Shown here one piece after another: positions 40,172-49,758 of a stretch of 64,000 nt of DNA. This DNA is from Candidatus Hydrogenedentota bacterium (GTDB taxonomy: Bacteria; Hydrogenedentota; Hydrogenedentia; Hydrogenedentales; SLHB01). Both the position numbers and the translations under genes were made by a program. The notes under the pieces were generated by a model. The model was not told the DNA's origin, searched no databases, and was given only the letters and a program-made list of their open reading frames with translations. Each line of letters begins with the position of its first letter. Position 1 is the first letter of the stretch. The stretch spans positions 928,001-992,000 of the forward strand of contig CAXXTH010000010.1 in NCBI GenBank assembly GCA_963668025.2, read 5' to 3'.

Positions 40172-43100
40172 GTACATCGACTTTTCCGAAGGCTGGCAGT
40201 TGGGTTGGATGCCCGAAACGGTATTGGGCCGCTGGAAACAACGCTTTGGCGACTGGGCCGTTACGGATGGCGTGTTGTGGGGCGAGAATCCCTATTTCGC
40301 CCAGATATTCACCAGTATCGAGCCTGCCGATCCGTATTTCTTTGAGGGAACCGTATGCATTGATGGGCCGGATACAGCCGCTTCGGTGATGGTTTGTTTA
40401 TCCGAGGAAAGGAACACCTATTACCAGCTCTTCCTAAAGCCTGGCATGCAGCCTGTTGTGAACTACATCATGGCGGATGCGAAAGAAGGCGAGTTGCTGC
40501 CTCCCGCCGGGCCGGAGATTCAAGCAGGAACCGAGTATACGGTGCGCTTTGAAGTGCTCGCGGATCATACGGAAGCATTCATCGATGGCGTATCGCTCGG
40601 CACGTTTTGCGACAAGCGCCTGGCTGGGCGCATGGCGGGATTCGCCGCGCATGGCGGGCGCGCCCATTTCAAGCATGCCCGGCTGCTGGACGCCGCCAGC
40701 GGCGAAGTGTTGTTTGAGGATGATTTTTCCGAGAACACGCTGAAGCGGGTTGTGCCGGTGGCGCTGGAAGAACTGAAATGCGCGCAATGGATCCCTGCGG
40801 TGGTTCCCGGTACGGTGCATACTTCCTTGCTCGAAGCAGGCATCATCGAAGACCCGTATTACGGTTATAACGGCCCGAAACAAAAATGGGTGGACCAGCA
40901 GCGATGGGTCTACAAAAAGACGTTCCGTGTGCCGGAAGAAGCCCAGGACGCGCCGAATCTGGAATTGGTGTTCGAAGGGATCGATTACCACGGCTATGTA
41001 TGGTTCAATGGCGATTTGCTAGGGTACCACGAAGGCACGCTGCTGCCGAACCGCTTTGATATCACCTCGAAAGTGCGGCGGAAAGGCGATAATGAAGTAG
41101 TGGTGTGCATCCTACCGTGCCCCTTCCCGCCCCATGCCAATATCAAGCCCTACATCACCGAGCGCTGGCATTTCAACATGGATATCGTGACGGCGGGATT
41201 ATGGCGTCCGGTGACGCTCCGGGCGTTTGGCAAGGCCTCCCTGCGGGATGTCCAGGTGATCACGCGTTCCATCGGAGACGATGCCGCGACGCTGGATGTC
41301 TCCTTCACGATCAACAACTGGGCCATGTATCCCTTTGAGATGGACTACACGGTCAAGATCGCTTCGCCGGATGGCGATGAAGTGGCGGAGCAGTCCAGCA
41401 AGGTAGGCTATTTCCACGGCGCGCAACGGCAATCGGTGTGTTTCGAGATCTCGAATCCGCGCCTGTGGTGGCCCAACGGCATGGGCGAACAGCCCTTGTA
41501 TACGCTCGAAGTCAAGGCCTCCTGCCGCGAGAGCGGCTGGGCGAATGCGATCACCAGCACGGAAACGAAGACGCTCCAATTCGGCATACGTATTATCGAG
41601 AAACGCCCGACGCCGGATAAGCAATGGAAATACAACTGGGTATTTGTAGTGAATGGCCGTCCATTCTTCGCGAAAGGCGGGAACTGGATGCCCATCGATC
41701 AAATGTTGCGCCTCGATCCGCAGCATTATGAGCGCCTGCTGACTCGCGCGAAGGATTCGCATGTCAATATGCTCCGCCCGTGGGGCGCGGGGCTGCTCGA
41801 AACGGATGAGTTCTACGCCTGCTGCGACCGGCTGGGCATTTGCGTCTGGCAGGAGTTCCCACTGGCCAACGGCCTCTTCCACAAGATGGACCGGGAAGTA
41901 TGGCGGGAAACTATTGTTTCCAACGTCAAGCGGCTTCGCAATCACCCGTCGCTGTTCGTATGGTGCGGCGGCAATGAATTCGATCCCGATTGCCCGCTGA
42001 ACAAGCCCGTGGTGGATGAGCTGGAATATCTCTGTCAGGAATTCGATCCGACACGCGACTTCCATCGCGCCTGCCCTTATGGCGGGGACAGCCACTCCTA
42101 CCAGGTGAACTGGATGGAAGGGGCCAACTACACCTATTTTACGCGGGATCTATCCGCCGGTGTGACGGAGTTTTCGATGGCGTCGCCGCCCATGATGGAA
42201 TCGTTGTTGCGGATGATGCCGGAAGAGGAGTTCGAGCAGTTTCCCCCCAAAGGGCCGGATCCTCTGGAAGCCTTCCCCTGGAAGGGATGGGAGCCCTCGT
42301 TCCGCGAGGCGGAGAGCGGATTCAGCATGCACGACGCCCATTTATCGCGCGCGTTGATGGTGATGATGCCGTTCATTTCCGAGAGCGGCATTCCGTCCAA
42401 TTGGGATGAATTCATCCGGTACGCCCAGAACAGCCACGGGCTGCTGACCAAGTTCGGCGTCGATTTCTGGCGGTCCCGCTGGCCGAACTGCACGTGCGCG
42501 CTAAGCTGGGTGTTCAATGTGATCTGGCCTAGTTCACTGACCTGGGAATACGTGGATTGGTTCAACGTGCCCAAGATGTCGTATTACGACCAGAAGTGTT
42601 CATTCGAGCCGCTACATGTGGGCGCGGTCTATGACGATATGTTCACGCCCGCAGGCGAGGAATTCCGCGCCAAACTGTTTGTAGCGAATGAACACATGCA
42701 ATCCTACCCTAACGCCGTCCTGGCGGTCCGGCTTCGGGATGTCTTGATGAAGCTGCTGAGCGAAGCCACGAAGGCCGTGGATGCCCCGGCGGATGCCGTA
42801 TGTGCGGGCGGATTTTTCACCTGGCGTATACCATCCGACATGAAAGACGCCGTGCTGTTCCTAACCGTTGATCTGCTGGAGTCGCCAGGCGGCGCGTTAT
42901 TGTCCCGCAGCGTGTACACGCCCCGAGTAGGCGCGCGCTCGATGCGGATGCCGTATCTCGAACATGGGCCATGGATCTGTGATGTCGAGAAAACGCGGAC
43001 CGCGTTGGCGTTCGAGTGGGCGCAGCCGTGGCGGGAAGATGCGGAAGGCTTCGCGGCGGAAGTGGTGATTCGCAATACAGGTGAAATCCCGGCGTACCGG

Positions 43101-43277
43101 GTTTCACTTGCAAGCCCAGGGCATGACCACATTATGCGTTATGAAGACAACGGCTTCTGGTTGGAGCCGGGCGAAGCGCGCACGTTGTGGGTAAAAGCTT
43201 GGGAAACGCCTCCGGCGCATATGGCGGTTTCCGCGTGGAATGCGGAGAAACTGGCGGTGCCGAAAACGATCGAATGA
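40164..43277 (+). CDS. GH2 beta-mannosidase-like hydrolase, no signal peptide
   Basis: VPGTVH..L, FEGIDY, PRLWWPNGMGEQPLY, FGIR, KGGNW, NMLRPWG, HPSL..WCGGNE, TEF. Confidence 0.88.
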   Translation: MNKYIDFSEGWQLGWMPETVLGRWKQRFGDWAVTDGVLWGENPYFAQIFTSIEPADPYFFEGTVCIDGPDTAASVMVCLSEERNTYYQLFLKPGMQPVVNYIMADAKEGELLPPAGPEIQAGTEYTVRFEVLADHTEAFIDGVSLGTFCDKRLAGRMAGFAAHGGRAHFKHARLLDAASGEVLFEDDFSENTLKRVVPVALEELKCAQWIPAVVPGTVHTSLLEAGIIEDPYYGYNGPKQKWVDQQRWVYKKTFRVPEEAQDAPNLELVFEGIDYHGYVWFNGDLLGYHEGTLLPNRFDITSKVRRKGDNEVVVCILPCPFPPHANIKPYITERWHFNMDIVTAGLWRPVTLRAFGKASLRDVQVITRSIGDDAATLDVSFTINNWAMYPFEMDYTVKIASPDGDEVAEQSSKVGYFHGAQRQSVCFEISNPRLWWPNGMGEQPLYTLEVKASCRESGWANAITSTETKTLQFGIRIIEKRPTPDKQWKYNWVFVVNGRPFFAKGGNWMPIDQMLRLDPQHYERLLTRAKDSHVNMLRPWGAGLLETDEFYACCDRLGICVWQEFPLANGLFHKMDREVWRETIVSNVKRLRNHPSLFVWCGGNEFDPDCPLNKPVVDELEYLCQEFDPTRDFHRACPYGGDSHSYQVNWMEGANYTYFTRDLSAGVTEFSMASPPMMESLLRMMPEEEFEQFPPKGPDPLEAFPWKGWEPSFREAESGFSMHDAHLSRALMVMMPFISESGIPSNWDEFIRYAQNSHGLLTKFGVDFWRSRWPNCTCALSWVFNVIWPSSLTWEYVDWFNVPKMSYYDQKCSFEPLHVGAVYDDMFTPAGEEFRAKLFVANEHMQSYPNAVLAVRLRDVLMKLLSEATKAVDAPADAVCAGGFFTWRIPSDMKDAVLFLTVDLLESPGGALLSRSVYTPRVGARSMRMPYLEHGPWICDVEKTRTALAFEWAQPWREDAEGFAAEVVIRNTGEIPAYRVSLASPGHDHIMRYEDNGFWLEPGEARTLWVKAWETPPAHMAVSAWNAEKLAVPKTIE

Positions 43278-43402
43278 GGGATGAATTCGCGGGAGCGGTG
43301 AATCTTGGAAAGGAGGTGTTTGGGCAAACACGAGTAAATAAGGGGATTTTTTGTGGAGAGTTTGTTTTTTGGGATATTTTTACATGGTTGGAGGATAAAG
43401 AT

Positions 43403-44671
43403 ATGAAGCGCATGACATGGGTGGCAGTACTGTGCGCTTTGAGCGCATTTTGGTGTGTGAATGCAATGGCGGCTACGATTCAAGTCAGCGGCGGCGGCAC
43501 GGATGTCATTGCGACTGCCGTGACGGGCGCTGTCGATGGTGACGTGATTGAAATCACGGATAGCCTTGAGTATATCGAGACCGCTACGAACTGGGTCGTG
43601 GGTGTGTGGAATCTCACCATCATGGCGACAGCGGGACAGAATCCTACCCTGACTTATTCGGGCAGCACGGCGGAAGCCATTATCCCCAATGTCGGTGGAT
43701 TTCAATTGGGAGATAATGATGGCGGCCCCATTACGATCCGCAGCAACTGTCCCAACACGATGATTAACGGATATTGGATGGCCGATGGCTATTCCATACG
43801 CATTGAGAACGTCATTTTCACGACGAGTGGCAATACTTATGTGCCTGGGCAATGGGTATGTGCGATGGCGGAATTGGGCGAGACCATTACGTTTGATTTC
43901 GATAACTGCCAGTTTCTGGACTATCCAGACGCAACCGACGGGAAAACTATATATGTCAATTCTCCGGGTGTTCTGACAACCACGTTCACGAACTGCGTTT
44001 TCAAGGATGTCGGTGTGCCCATCTATCTTTATGGAGGCACCACGACAGTCGTGCAGAACTGCTTGTTCCAGGATTGGAAAACGTTTGGTATCAATGTCTG
44101 GTTCATTGATGGTTGTGCGGTGGAGATCAAAGATTCCGCGTTCTTGATGACGAAAAATCATGGGTACGGCAACGGTTCCGTTGGCGTATTCGTGGGCGGC
44201 GCCGAGGGCGGCGTTGTCACGATTGATCATTGTGACTTTTTGTCTTTGGTTGATCCGGGCCTTGGTTTTGCCGTTCAAAATGTATGGAGCGGCGGCGCGG
44301 ATGTCACCATTACAAACTGCAACATCAAGGTGAACAACACAGGCTCGGTGTTGAGCAACAGCTCAACTAATGCCTCTGCAACACTTACCTATGACTATTG
44401 CAACATGAATGGCACGGCGGATGCGGGCTGCACGGGCGGTGCGAATAACACGGCCGCGTTTGTGTTGCCGAATTATGCCGATGTTCCTTCTGACTGGGGT
44501 TATGACAATGCAGAGCTGCTGACGGCGGATAGCGAAGGCGGCGCGCTGGGTTCGATGCTGGGTGCTTCCGAAAATCCTCCTGTAGGAGATTTGCCGGTTA
44601 TGGGTGCGCTGGGCCTTGGCTTGGCGGCGGCTGCGCTGATGGCGTTTGGCCTGAAGAAGAATCGTAAATAG
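43403..44671 (+). CDS. Secreted parallel beta-helix protein with C-terminal sorting-like tail (paralog 1)
   Basis: Signal peptide (...VNAMA^A), GDVIEI, repeated (D/T/Q)NCxF; tail DLPVMGALGLGLAAAALMAFGLKKNRK; GGAGG RBS. Confidence 0.8.
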   Translation: MKRMTWVAVLCALSAFWCVNAMAATIQVSGGGTDVIATAVTGAVDGDVIEITDSLEYIETATNWVVGVWNLTIMATAGQNPTLTYSGSTAEAIIPNVGGFQLGDNDGGPITIRSNCPNTMINGYWMADGYSIRIENVIFTTSGNTYVPGQWVCAMAELGETITFDFDNCQFLDYPDATDGKTIYVNSPGVLTTTFTNCVFKDVGVPIYLYGGTTTVVQNCLFQDWKTFGINVWFIDGCAVEIKDSAFLMTKNHGYGNGSVGVFVGGAEGGVVTIDHCDFLSLVDPGLGFAVQNVWSGGADVTITNCNIKVNNTGSVLSNSSTNASATLTYDYCNMNGTADAGCTGGANNTAAFVLPNYADVPSDWGYDNAELLTADSEGGALGSMLGASENPPVGDLPVMGALGLGLAAAALMAFGLKKNRK

Positions 44672-44736
44672 CCAGTTTGTTGCTGAATACGCCTGGCTAA
44701 TGGCAGGCGATTGATAATACAAAAGACAGGAAAAAT

Positions 44737-44767
44737 ATGCCGGGGCTTTTATAAGAAGCCCCGGCAT
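44737..44767. terminator. Stem-loop between the two beta-helix genes
   Basis: ATGCCGGGGCTT...AAGCCCCGGCAT. Confidence 0.55.
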
Positions 44768-44898
44768 CACACAGAACAACGGTGGAGCGAACGACGGCGC
44801 TAAATAGAAGAAGGGAGGACCAAACAGCGCTGTTTAGTGGCAGTGCTTTAGTCAAACAAGCCTATATATTGTATATGGAAACTGCTGGAGGAAAAAAG

Positions 44899-46164
44899 AT
44901 GAAGCATATGACAATGGTTGCTGTAATGTGTGTGTTGAGCGCATTGTGGTGTGGAAGCGGAATGGCTGCCACGATTCAAGTCAGCGGCGGCGGCACGGAT
45001 GTAATTGCGACCACCGTGGCGGGCGCTGCCGCAGGTGACGTGATTGAAATCACCGATAGTCTGGAATATATCGAAACTAGCGTCAACTGGGTCGTGGGCG
45101 TATGGAATATCACGGTGATGGCCACGGCTGGGCAAACTCCGACGCTGACCTATTCGGGCAGCACGGCGGAAGCCATCATCCCCAATGTCGGCGGATTCCA
45201 ACTGGGCGATAACGATGGCGGCACGATCACCGTGCGCAGTAATTGCACGAGTACGATGATCAATGGGTATTGGATGGGAGATGGCAGCACCCTGACTCTC
45301 GAGAATTGCATTTTTACGACCAGTGGAAACACGTGGATTCCTGGGTTATGGATGTGCCTAGTCGCGGAAGATGGTGAGAACATCACCGTCAATGTGAACA
45401 ACTGCCAATTTGTGGATCATCCGAACACCGGCATGGGGATTTTAGTGCGCCAGGGAGCCACAGGCAATCTGTCGGCCAATTTTACCGATTGCGTATTCAA
45501 TAACGTGGGCATGCCTATCAATTTTGAAAGTGGGCATTCCACGGTATTTAATTGCCTGTTCCAGGATTGGTATAATTTTGGTTCAAATGTCACCTTCGGA
45601 GATGGCTCTGACGTAAGCTTCTCTCATAGCGCCTTCTTGATGACGAAAGACAATGGATATGGCGCTGGCGCGGTAGGCGTCTTCGTCGGTTCTTCGACCG
45701 GTGGAACGGTCACGATTGACCACTGTGATTTCTTGTCCACATCGGATCCGGGCATGGGATTTGCCGTTCAGAATGTGTGGAGCGGCGCGGCGGATGTCAT
45801 CGTCACGAATTGCAATATCGATGTCACTCTTACCGGGTCGGTGCTGAGCAATTCATCGGATTCGCCTTCGGCGTCAATCACCTATGATTATTGCAACATG
45901 GATGGCACGGCGGATGCCGGTTGCACGGGTGGTGCGAATAATACGGCCACGTTTGTTGCTCCGAACTATGCCGATATTCCCACCGACTGGAGTTATGACA
46001 ATGCAGAACTGCTGACGGCGGATAGCGAAGGCGGTTCGCTAGGCTCTTCGCTGGGCGGCGCTGTAGCGCCTCCAGTGGAAGATGTGCCGGTCATGGGCGC
46101 GCTTGGGCTTGGCCTGGCGGCCATGTCGTTACTTGCGCTTGGCGTGAAGAAAAATCGCCGGTAG
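44899..46164 (+). CDS. Secreted parallel beta-helix protein with C-terminal sorting-like tail (paralog 2)
   Basis: Near-identical N- and C-terminal blocks to 43403-44671; tail DVPVMGALGLGLAAMSLLALGVKKNRR. Confidence 0.8.
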   Translation: MKHMTMVAVMCVLSALWCGSGMAATIQVSGGGTDVIATTVAGAAAGDVIEITDSLEYIETSVNWVVGVWNITVMATAGQTPTLTYSGSTAEAIIPNVGGFQLGDNDGGTITVRSNCTSTMINGYWMGDGSTLTLENCIFTTSGNTWIPGLWMCLVAEDGENITVNVNNCQFVDHPNTGMGILVRQGATGNLSANFTDCVFNNVGMPINFESGHSTVFNCLFQDWYNFGSNVTFGDGSDVSFSHSAFLMTKDNGYGAGAVGVFVGSSTGGTVTIDHCDFLSTSDPGMGFAVQNVWSGAADVIVTNCNIDVTLTGSVLSNSSDSPSASITYDYCNMDGTADAGCTGGANNTATFVAPNYADIPTDWSYDNAELLTADSEGGSLGSSLGGAVAPPVEDVPVMGALGLGLAAMSLLALGVKKNRR

Positions 46165-46173
46165 TTTCGATAC

Positions 46174-46204
46174 GGGGAAGAGCGCCACTGCGCTCTTCCC
46201 CTTT
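46174..46204 (+). terminator. Intrinsic terminator
   Basis: GGGGAAGAGCG...CGCTCTTCCCC-TTT. Confidence 0.65.
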
Positions 46205-46287
46205 CGCTATGCGTAAAACGTTTGGATTGAAGGCATGCGACCAGGCACGGAATGCTCCACGTGCGAGAGGGAAAGGATAAGCGCCCT

Positions 46288-48309
46288 ATGACGTTTACAT
46301 TTATTATTGGGCTCACGGCGTTGTTGCCCTATATGGGCGCCGCCTCCGATGCGCAGGCGGAACAAGCGGCGGTGGTATTAGAAGCGCCGGAAGGCCATAT
46401 CAATTATCAATGGCGAAAAGATGGGAAAAACCTGTCTCCATCTAAAGAAGCCTCGTCTCAACCGAATCAATGGCGTATAAAGCAAAATGATGATGCCTGC
46501 GTCGGCGTGTATACATGCACCTCTTGTGGCTCGGATGTAGACTTCGAACAACCGGAGACCACTTATTTTTATGTCAAATCCCCAAAATCAGCGGTCATGT
46601 CTCTTCGCTTGCTCGCCACCAGCACTCATACGGTTCCTATTCATGAGACCGCGACCGTCCGTTTTTTTCTCGGGAATGCGAGCGCGGAAGCGGTCAGCGG
46701 GACGATGGAGGTCTATTATACGGATCTGTGGGGCAACTCCATGGCTTCTCCGCAATCGCAAGAGGTTACGCTCAATGGAGAAACCACCCGGTTATTCGCC
46801 GTTTCTTCCGCTTTTGAGAAGGTGGGGTATGTAGGCTTGCGGCTCCTGTTTCGTGATTCGAGCGGCGAAGTGCTCATACAACAAAGCCCCTTTTATTCCC
46901 ATGCGGTGCTTCCGGAAGAAGCCACATTCGAGCAGGACTCGCGGTTTCTCACCTACATGATCGGCAACACCGGCATGCTGGCCGATATCGTGCCCAAAGG
47001 TTTTTATACGGATATGGCGGAGATGGGGGCTCGTTGGGGGACGATGGATGTCTGGTGGTCGCTCATGGAGCCCACGGAAGGAACCTACAATTGGGCGTAT
47101 TATGACAGCTATTTACAGAAAATGCTTGAAGTGGGCATTACACCAATTCCCCATCTATTCGCCATTCCAAAATGGTTATCGTCCAATCCATCTTCTTCGG
47201 AATATTGGCAGTATCCGCCAACGGATTGGACGGAGTGGGAGGGATTCGTCGAGGATTTCGTCGAACGGTATGGCTCATGGCTGACATATTTGCGTATATG
47301 GAATGAACCCAACATAGGCTATTGGAAGGGCACGCCCGCGCAATATGCCCAATTGGTGATTCATGCATCCCAAGCCGCAAAACGTGTGAAGCCCGATATC
47401 AAAATCATCATCGAAGCCGTCGCTGACAAAAGCTGTGATGTGATTCCCTTCTTTAACGCCGTGGACGCCGCCGGGGCCACGCCGTATTGGGATATATTGG
47501 GCGTCCATAATTACTGGATGAATAACGCGAATTACCCGGAGCGGACCAATTATCTGCCCACCTATTCCGCCGTATTGGCATGGCGGGACGCCCATAAGCC
47601 TGGCGCGCCTGTATGGGACACGGAGTTCGCCTGCATGGCGGTTGATTGGTCGGGCGGTTTTTGGGTGGGCGTGGGCGAACGTAAACAGGCGCAGTGGCTG
47701 GCACGGGGATATGTGCTGGGATTCTCTCTTGGGTTGCAGAAGATGTGCTGGTTTCCTGGGTATTCCTGGCCGGATCCGGAAGAAACGGGGGGAACCGCGC
47801 CATACTACAATCCAGCAGGCTTGTTACGGGTGGATTTGTCTCCACGTCCCGCCTACAGCGTGTATCACACATTAGCGAAGACGCTCAATGGTTGCACCTA
47901 TGATGCAGCAATTGCCTTGGGCGAAGACCAGTATGCGCGAGGCTTCTCGGGGGGGGAAGGCCGGTATATTACGGCGTTGTGGAGTGTGGATGCCGCCCAT
48001 GCGGGTAAAGTCAAACTCCATTTCACCCGGGGCGAAGCCGTGGCCATCACCAATCTGATGGGCGTGGAAACCACCGAATATACGGATTTGAGTGATGGTT
48101 CATTGGAGGTGGACATCAGCGAAGACATGGTACTGATCGCCTCCTCCGAGCGGCCCTCGATAGAGCCGCTGCCTGCGGCGCCTTTGCCGGTGAAAGCTGC
48201 TGCAGAATCCATTTTGTTATCCCAATTGGTATTGCTGGGCGGATTTACGCTCCATCGCGGCGGCCATTGGAATGGCTGGCGCATTTGGAAAACAGGGTTT
48301 AGCCGCTAA
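46288..48309 (+). CDS. Secreted clan GH-A (GH39/GH5-like) hydrolase with N-terminal Ig-like module (paralog of 35111-37903)
   Basis: YQWRKDG...GVYTC Ig signature; YNWAYYD, RIWNEPN, PVWDTEF, GLLRVDLSPRPAY. Confidence 0.72.
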   Translation: MTFTFIIGLTALLPYMGAASDAQAEQAAVVLEAPEGHINYQWRKDGKNLSPSKEASSQPNQWRIKQNDDACVGVYTCTSCGSDVDFEQPETTYFYVKSPKSAVMSLRLLATSTHTVPIHETATVRFFLGNASAEAVSGTMEVYYTDLWGNSMASPQSQEVTLNGETTRLFAVSSAFEKVGYVGLRLLFRDSSGEVLIQQSPFYSHAVLPEEATFEQDSRFLTYMIGNTGMLADIVPKGFYTDMAEMGARWGTMDVWWSLMEPTEGTYNWAYYDSYLQKMLEVGITPIPHLFAIPKWLSSNPSSSEYWQYPPTDWTEWEGFVEDFVERYGSWLTYLRIWNEPNIGYWKGTPAQYAQLVIHASQAAKRVKPDIKIIIEAVADKSCDVIPFFNAVDAAGATPYWDILGVHNYWMNNANYPERTNYLPTYSAVLAWRDAHKPGAPVWDTEFACMAVDWSGGFWVGVGERKQAQWLARGYVLGFSLGLQKMCWFPGYSWPDPEETGGTAPYYNPAGLLRVDLSPRPAYSVYHTLAKTLNGCTYDAAIALGEDQYARGFSGGEGRYITALWSVDAAHAGKVKLHFTRGEAVAITNLMGVETTEYTDLSDGSLEVDISEDMVLIASSERPSIEPLPAAPLPVKAAAESILLSQLVLLGGFTLHRGGHWNGWRIWKTGFSR

Positions 48310-49083
48310 TCAGGCATTCACCAGTGTGACTTGTACGCCGAGTGCGCGCATGCGCTGGATTTGGTCTTCGGGCGCGTTGTCATCGGTGATGATAATATCG
48401 ATTTCGGTAATATCGCCAACATGCTCGAGGCTGATCTTGCCTATTTTCGTGCTGTCCGCGATGATCACGCGCCGCGTGGCATGGGCCAGCATTTGGCGGA
48501 TGGTGTCGGCTTCATAATGATAATAGCTCGTAAGGCCTTGGCTGGCATCGACGCCGTCGAGCGAAATGAAACAAATGTCGGCATGGTATTTTTTTAGGAT
48601 CCGCAGGGCGTCTTGCCCGTAGGTGAACTGGTACCGCGCCTTGATTTCCCCGCCGAGCAGGATGACTTGATTGCGCTCGGAATCCGCCAATTCGCTCGCG
48701 GCTCTTACGGCATTGGTAATCACGACAAGCCCCTCGATAAGGGCGAGTTCGCGGGCGAGATATACATTCGTGGAGCCGGAGTTGAGCATGATCACACGGG
48801 CGTCAGACATGAGCAGGCGCGCGGCATGGGCAATCGCATGTTTTTGAGGCCCCATGGTGGCCATGCGTTCCTCCAGGTCTTTATATAGATATCCTCGCTG
48901 AATCCGCACGGCTCCACCGTGCCGGCGTTCGAGCACGCCCAAGGTTTCCAAGCATTGAAGATCCTTGCGAATGACTACTTCCGATATATTGAATCGTTTG
49001 CTTAATGAGGAGACGCGGACTGTCCCTTGTTCTTTGAGCAGTTCCAGAATGTGATCGCGCCGCTGTTCCACTGAATAATCCAT
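48310..49083 (-). CDS. DeoR/GlpR-family transcriptional regulator
   Basis: RR..IL.LL, ISEVVIRKDL..LE..G..ERRHGGA, SGST, VITNA, LLGG, ADSTK. Confidence 0.93.
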   Translation of the reverse strand: MDYSVEQRRDHILELLKEQGTVRVSSLSKRFNISEVVIRKDLQCLETLGVLERRHGGAVRIQRGYLYKDLEERMATMGPQKHAIAHAARLLMSDARVIMLNSGSTNVYLARELALIEGLVVITNAVRAASELADSERNQVILLGGEIKARYQFTYGQDALRILKKYHADICFISLDGVDASQGLTSYYHYEADTIRQMLAHATRRVIIADSTKIGKISLEHVGDITEIDIIITDDNAPEDQIQRMRALGVQVTLVNA

Positions 49084-49103
49084 AACTAAACCCCAGTATT
49101 TAG

Positions 49104-49165
49104 TTGACAATGGTTTCGTTTCTGCTTCGAAATATGTTTCGAAGTATTGCGTTCTGCTTTCGATT
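49104..49165. promoter_or_regulatory. Divergent promoter region with phased TTCG repeats (candidate DeoR operators)
   Basis: TTGACA at 49104; CG cores at 49117, 49128, 49140, 49150, 49161; palindrome TTCGAAA-TATG-TTTCGAA. Confidence 0.55.
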
Positions 49166-49221
49166 AAGGTACCATGAAGTTGGTTCTTGGCGCAATATAG
49201 AAATGACAGGAGGAAACAAAG

Positions 49222-49716
49222 ATGGGTTGCGTAAAATACGATTTGACCTTGGAAGATGCGCAAGCAATGGTGGATGCCGCTTTGGCGAAAGCGCGGCAGC
49301 TTGGGCTGAAGATGAACATCGCCGTTGTGGATGCCGGTGCGAATTTAAAAGCCTTCGTACGAATGGATGGCGCTTGGCTGGGCAGCATCGATGTTTCGCA
49401 GAAAAAGGCCCGTACAGCCCGGTTTTTCGACATGAACACGGGTGATGTGGGTGAGTTAAGCCAGCCGGGCGGCTCGTTGTACAACATCGAGCACTCGAAT
49501 AACGGATTGATCACCTTCCCGGGAGGCGTGCCAGTTAAGAACGCGGCAGGCGAAGTGATCGGCGCTATTGGGGTGTCTGGTTCGGCGGTGGAAAACGATC
49601 ATGCATGTGCAATGGCTGGGGCGAATGCATTAAGCGCCCGCCTATCCGGTGGCGGCCAGAAGGGTGCGAGCGGTTCATGCGGGGTTTCGATTGAAGGTGT
49701 TCCGGTGATCTGTTAG
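49222..49716 (+). CDS. GlcG/HbpS (heme-binding) family protein
   Basis: [34 protein letters not shown]...D. Confidence 0.88.
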   Translation: MGCVKYDLTLEDAQAMVDAALAKARQLGLKMNIAVVDAGANLKAFVRMDGAWLGSIDVSQKKARTARFFDMNTGDVGELSQPGGSLYNIEHSNNGLITFPGGVPVKNAAGEVIGAIGVSGSAVENDHACAMAGANALSARLSGGGQKGASGSCGVSIEGVPVIC

Positions 49717-49758
49717 AGTGATGGATTTTGCAGCAATTCGAAAGAGGAGTGACGAGTA

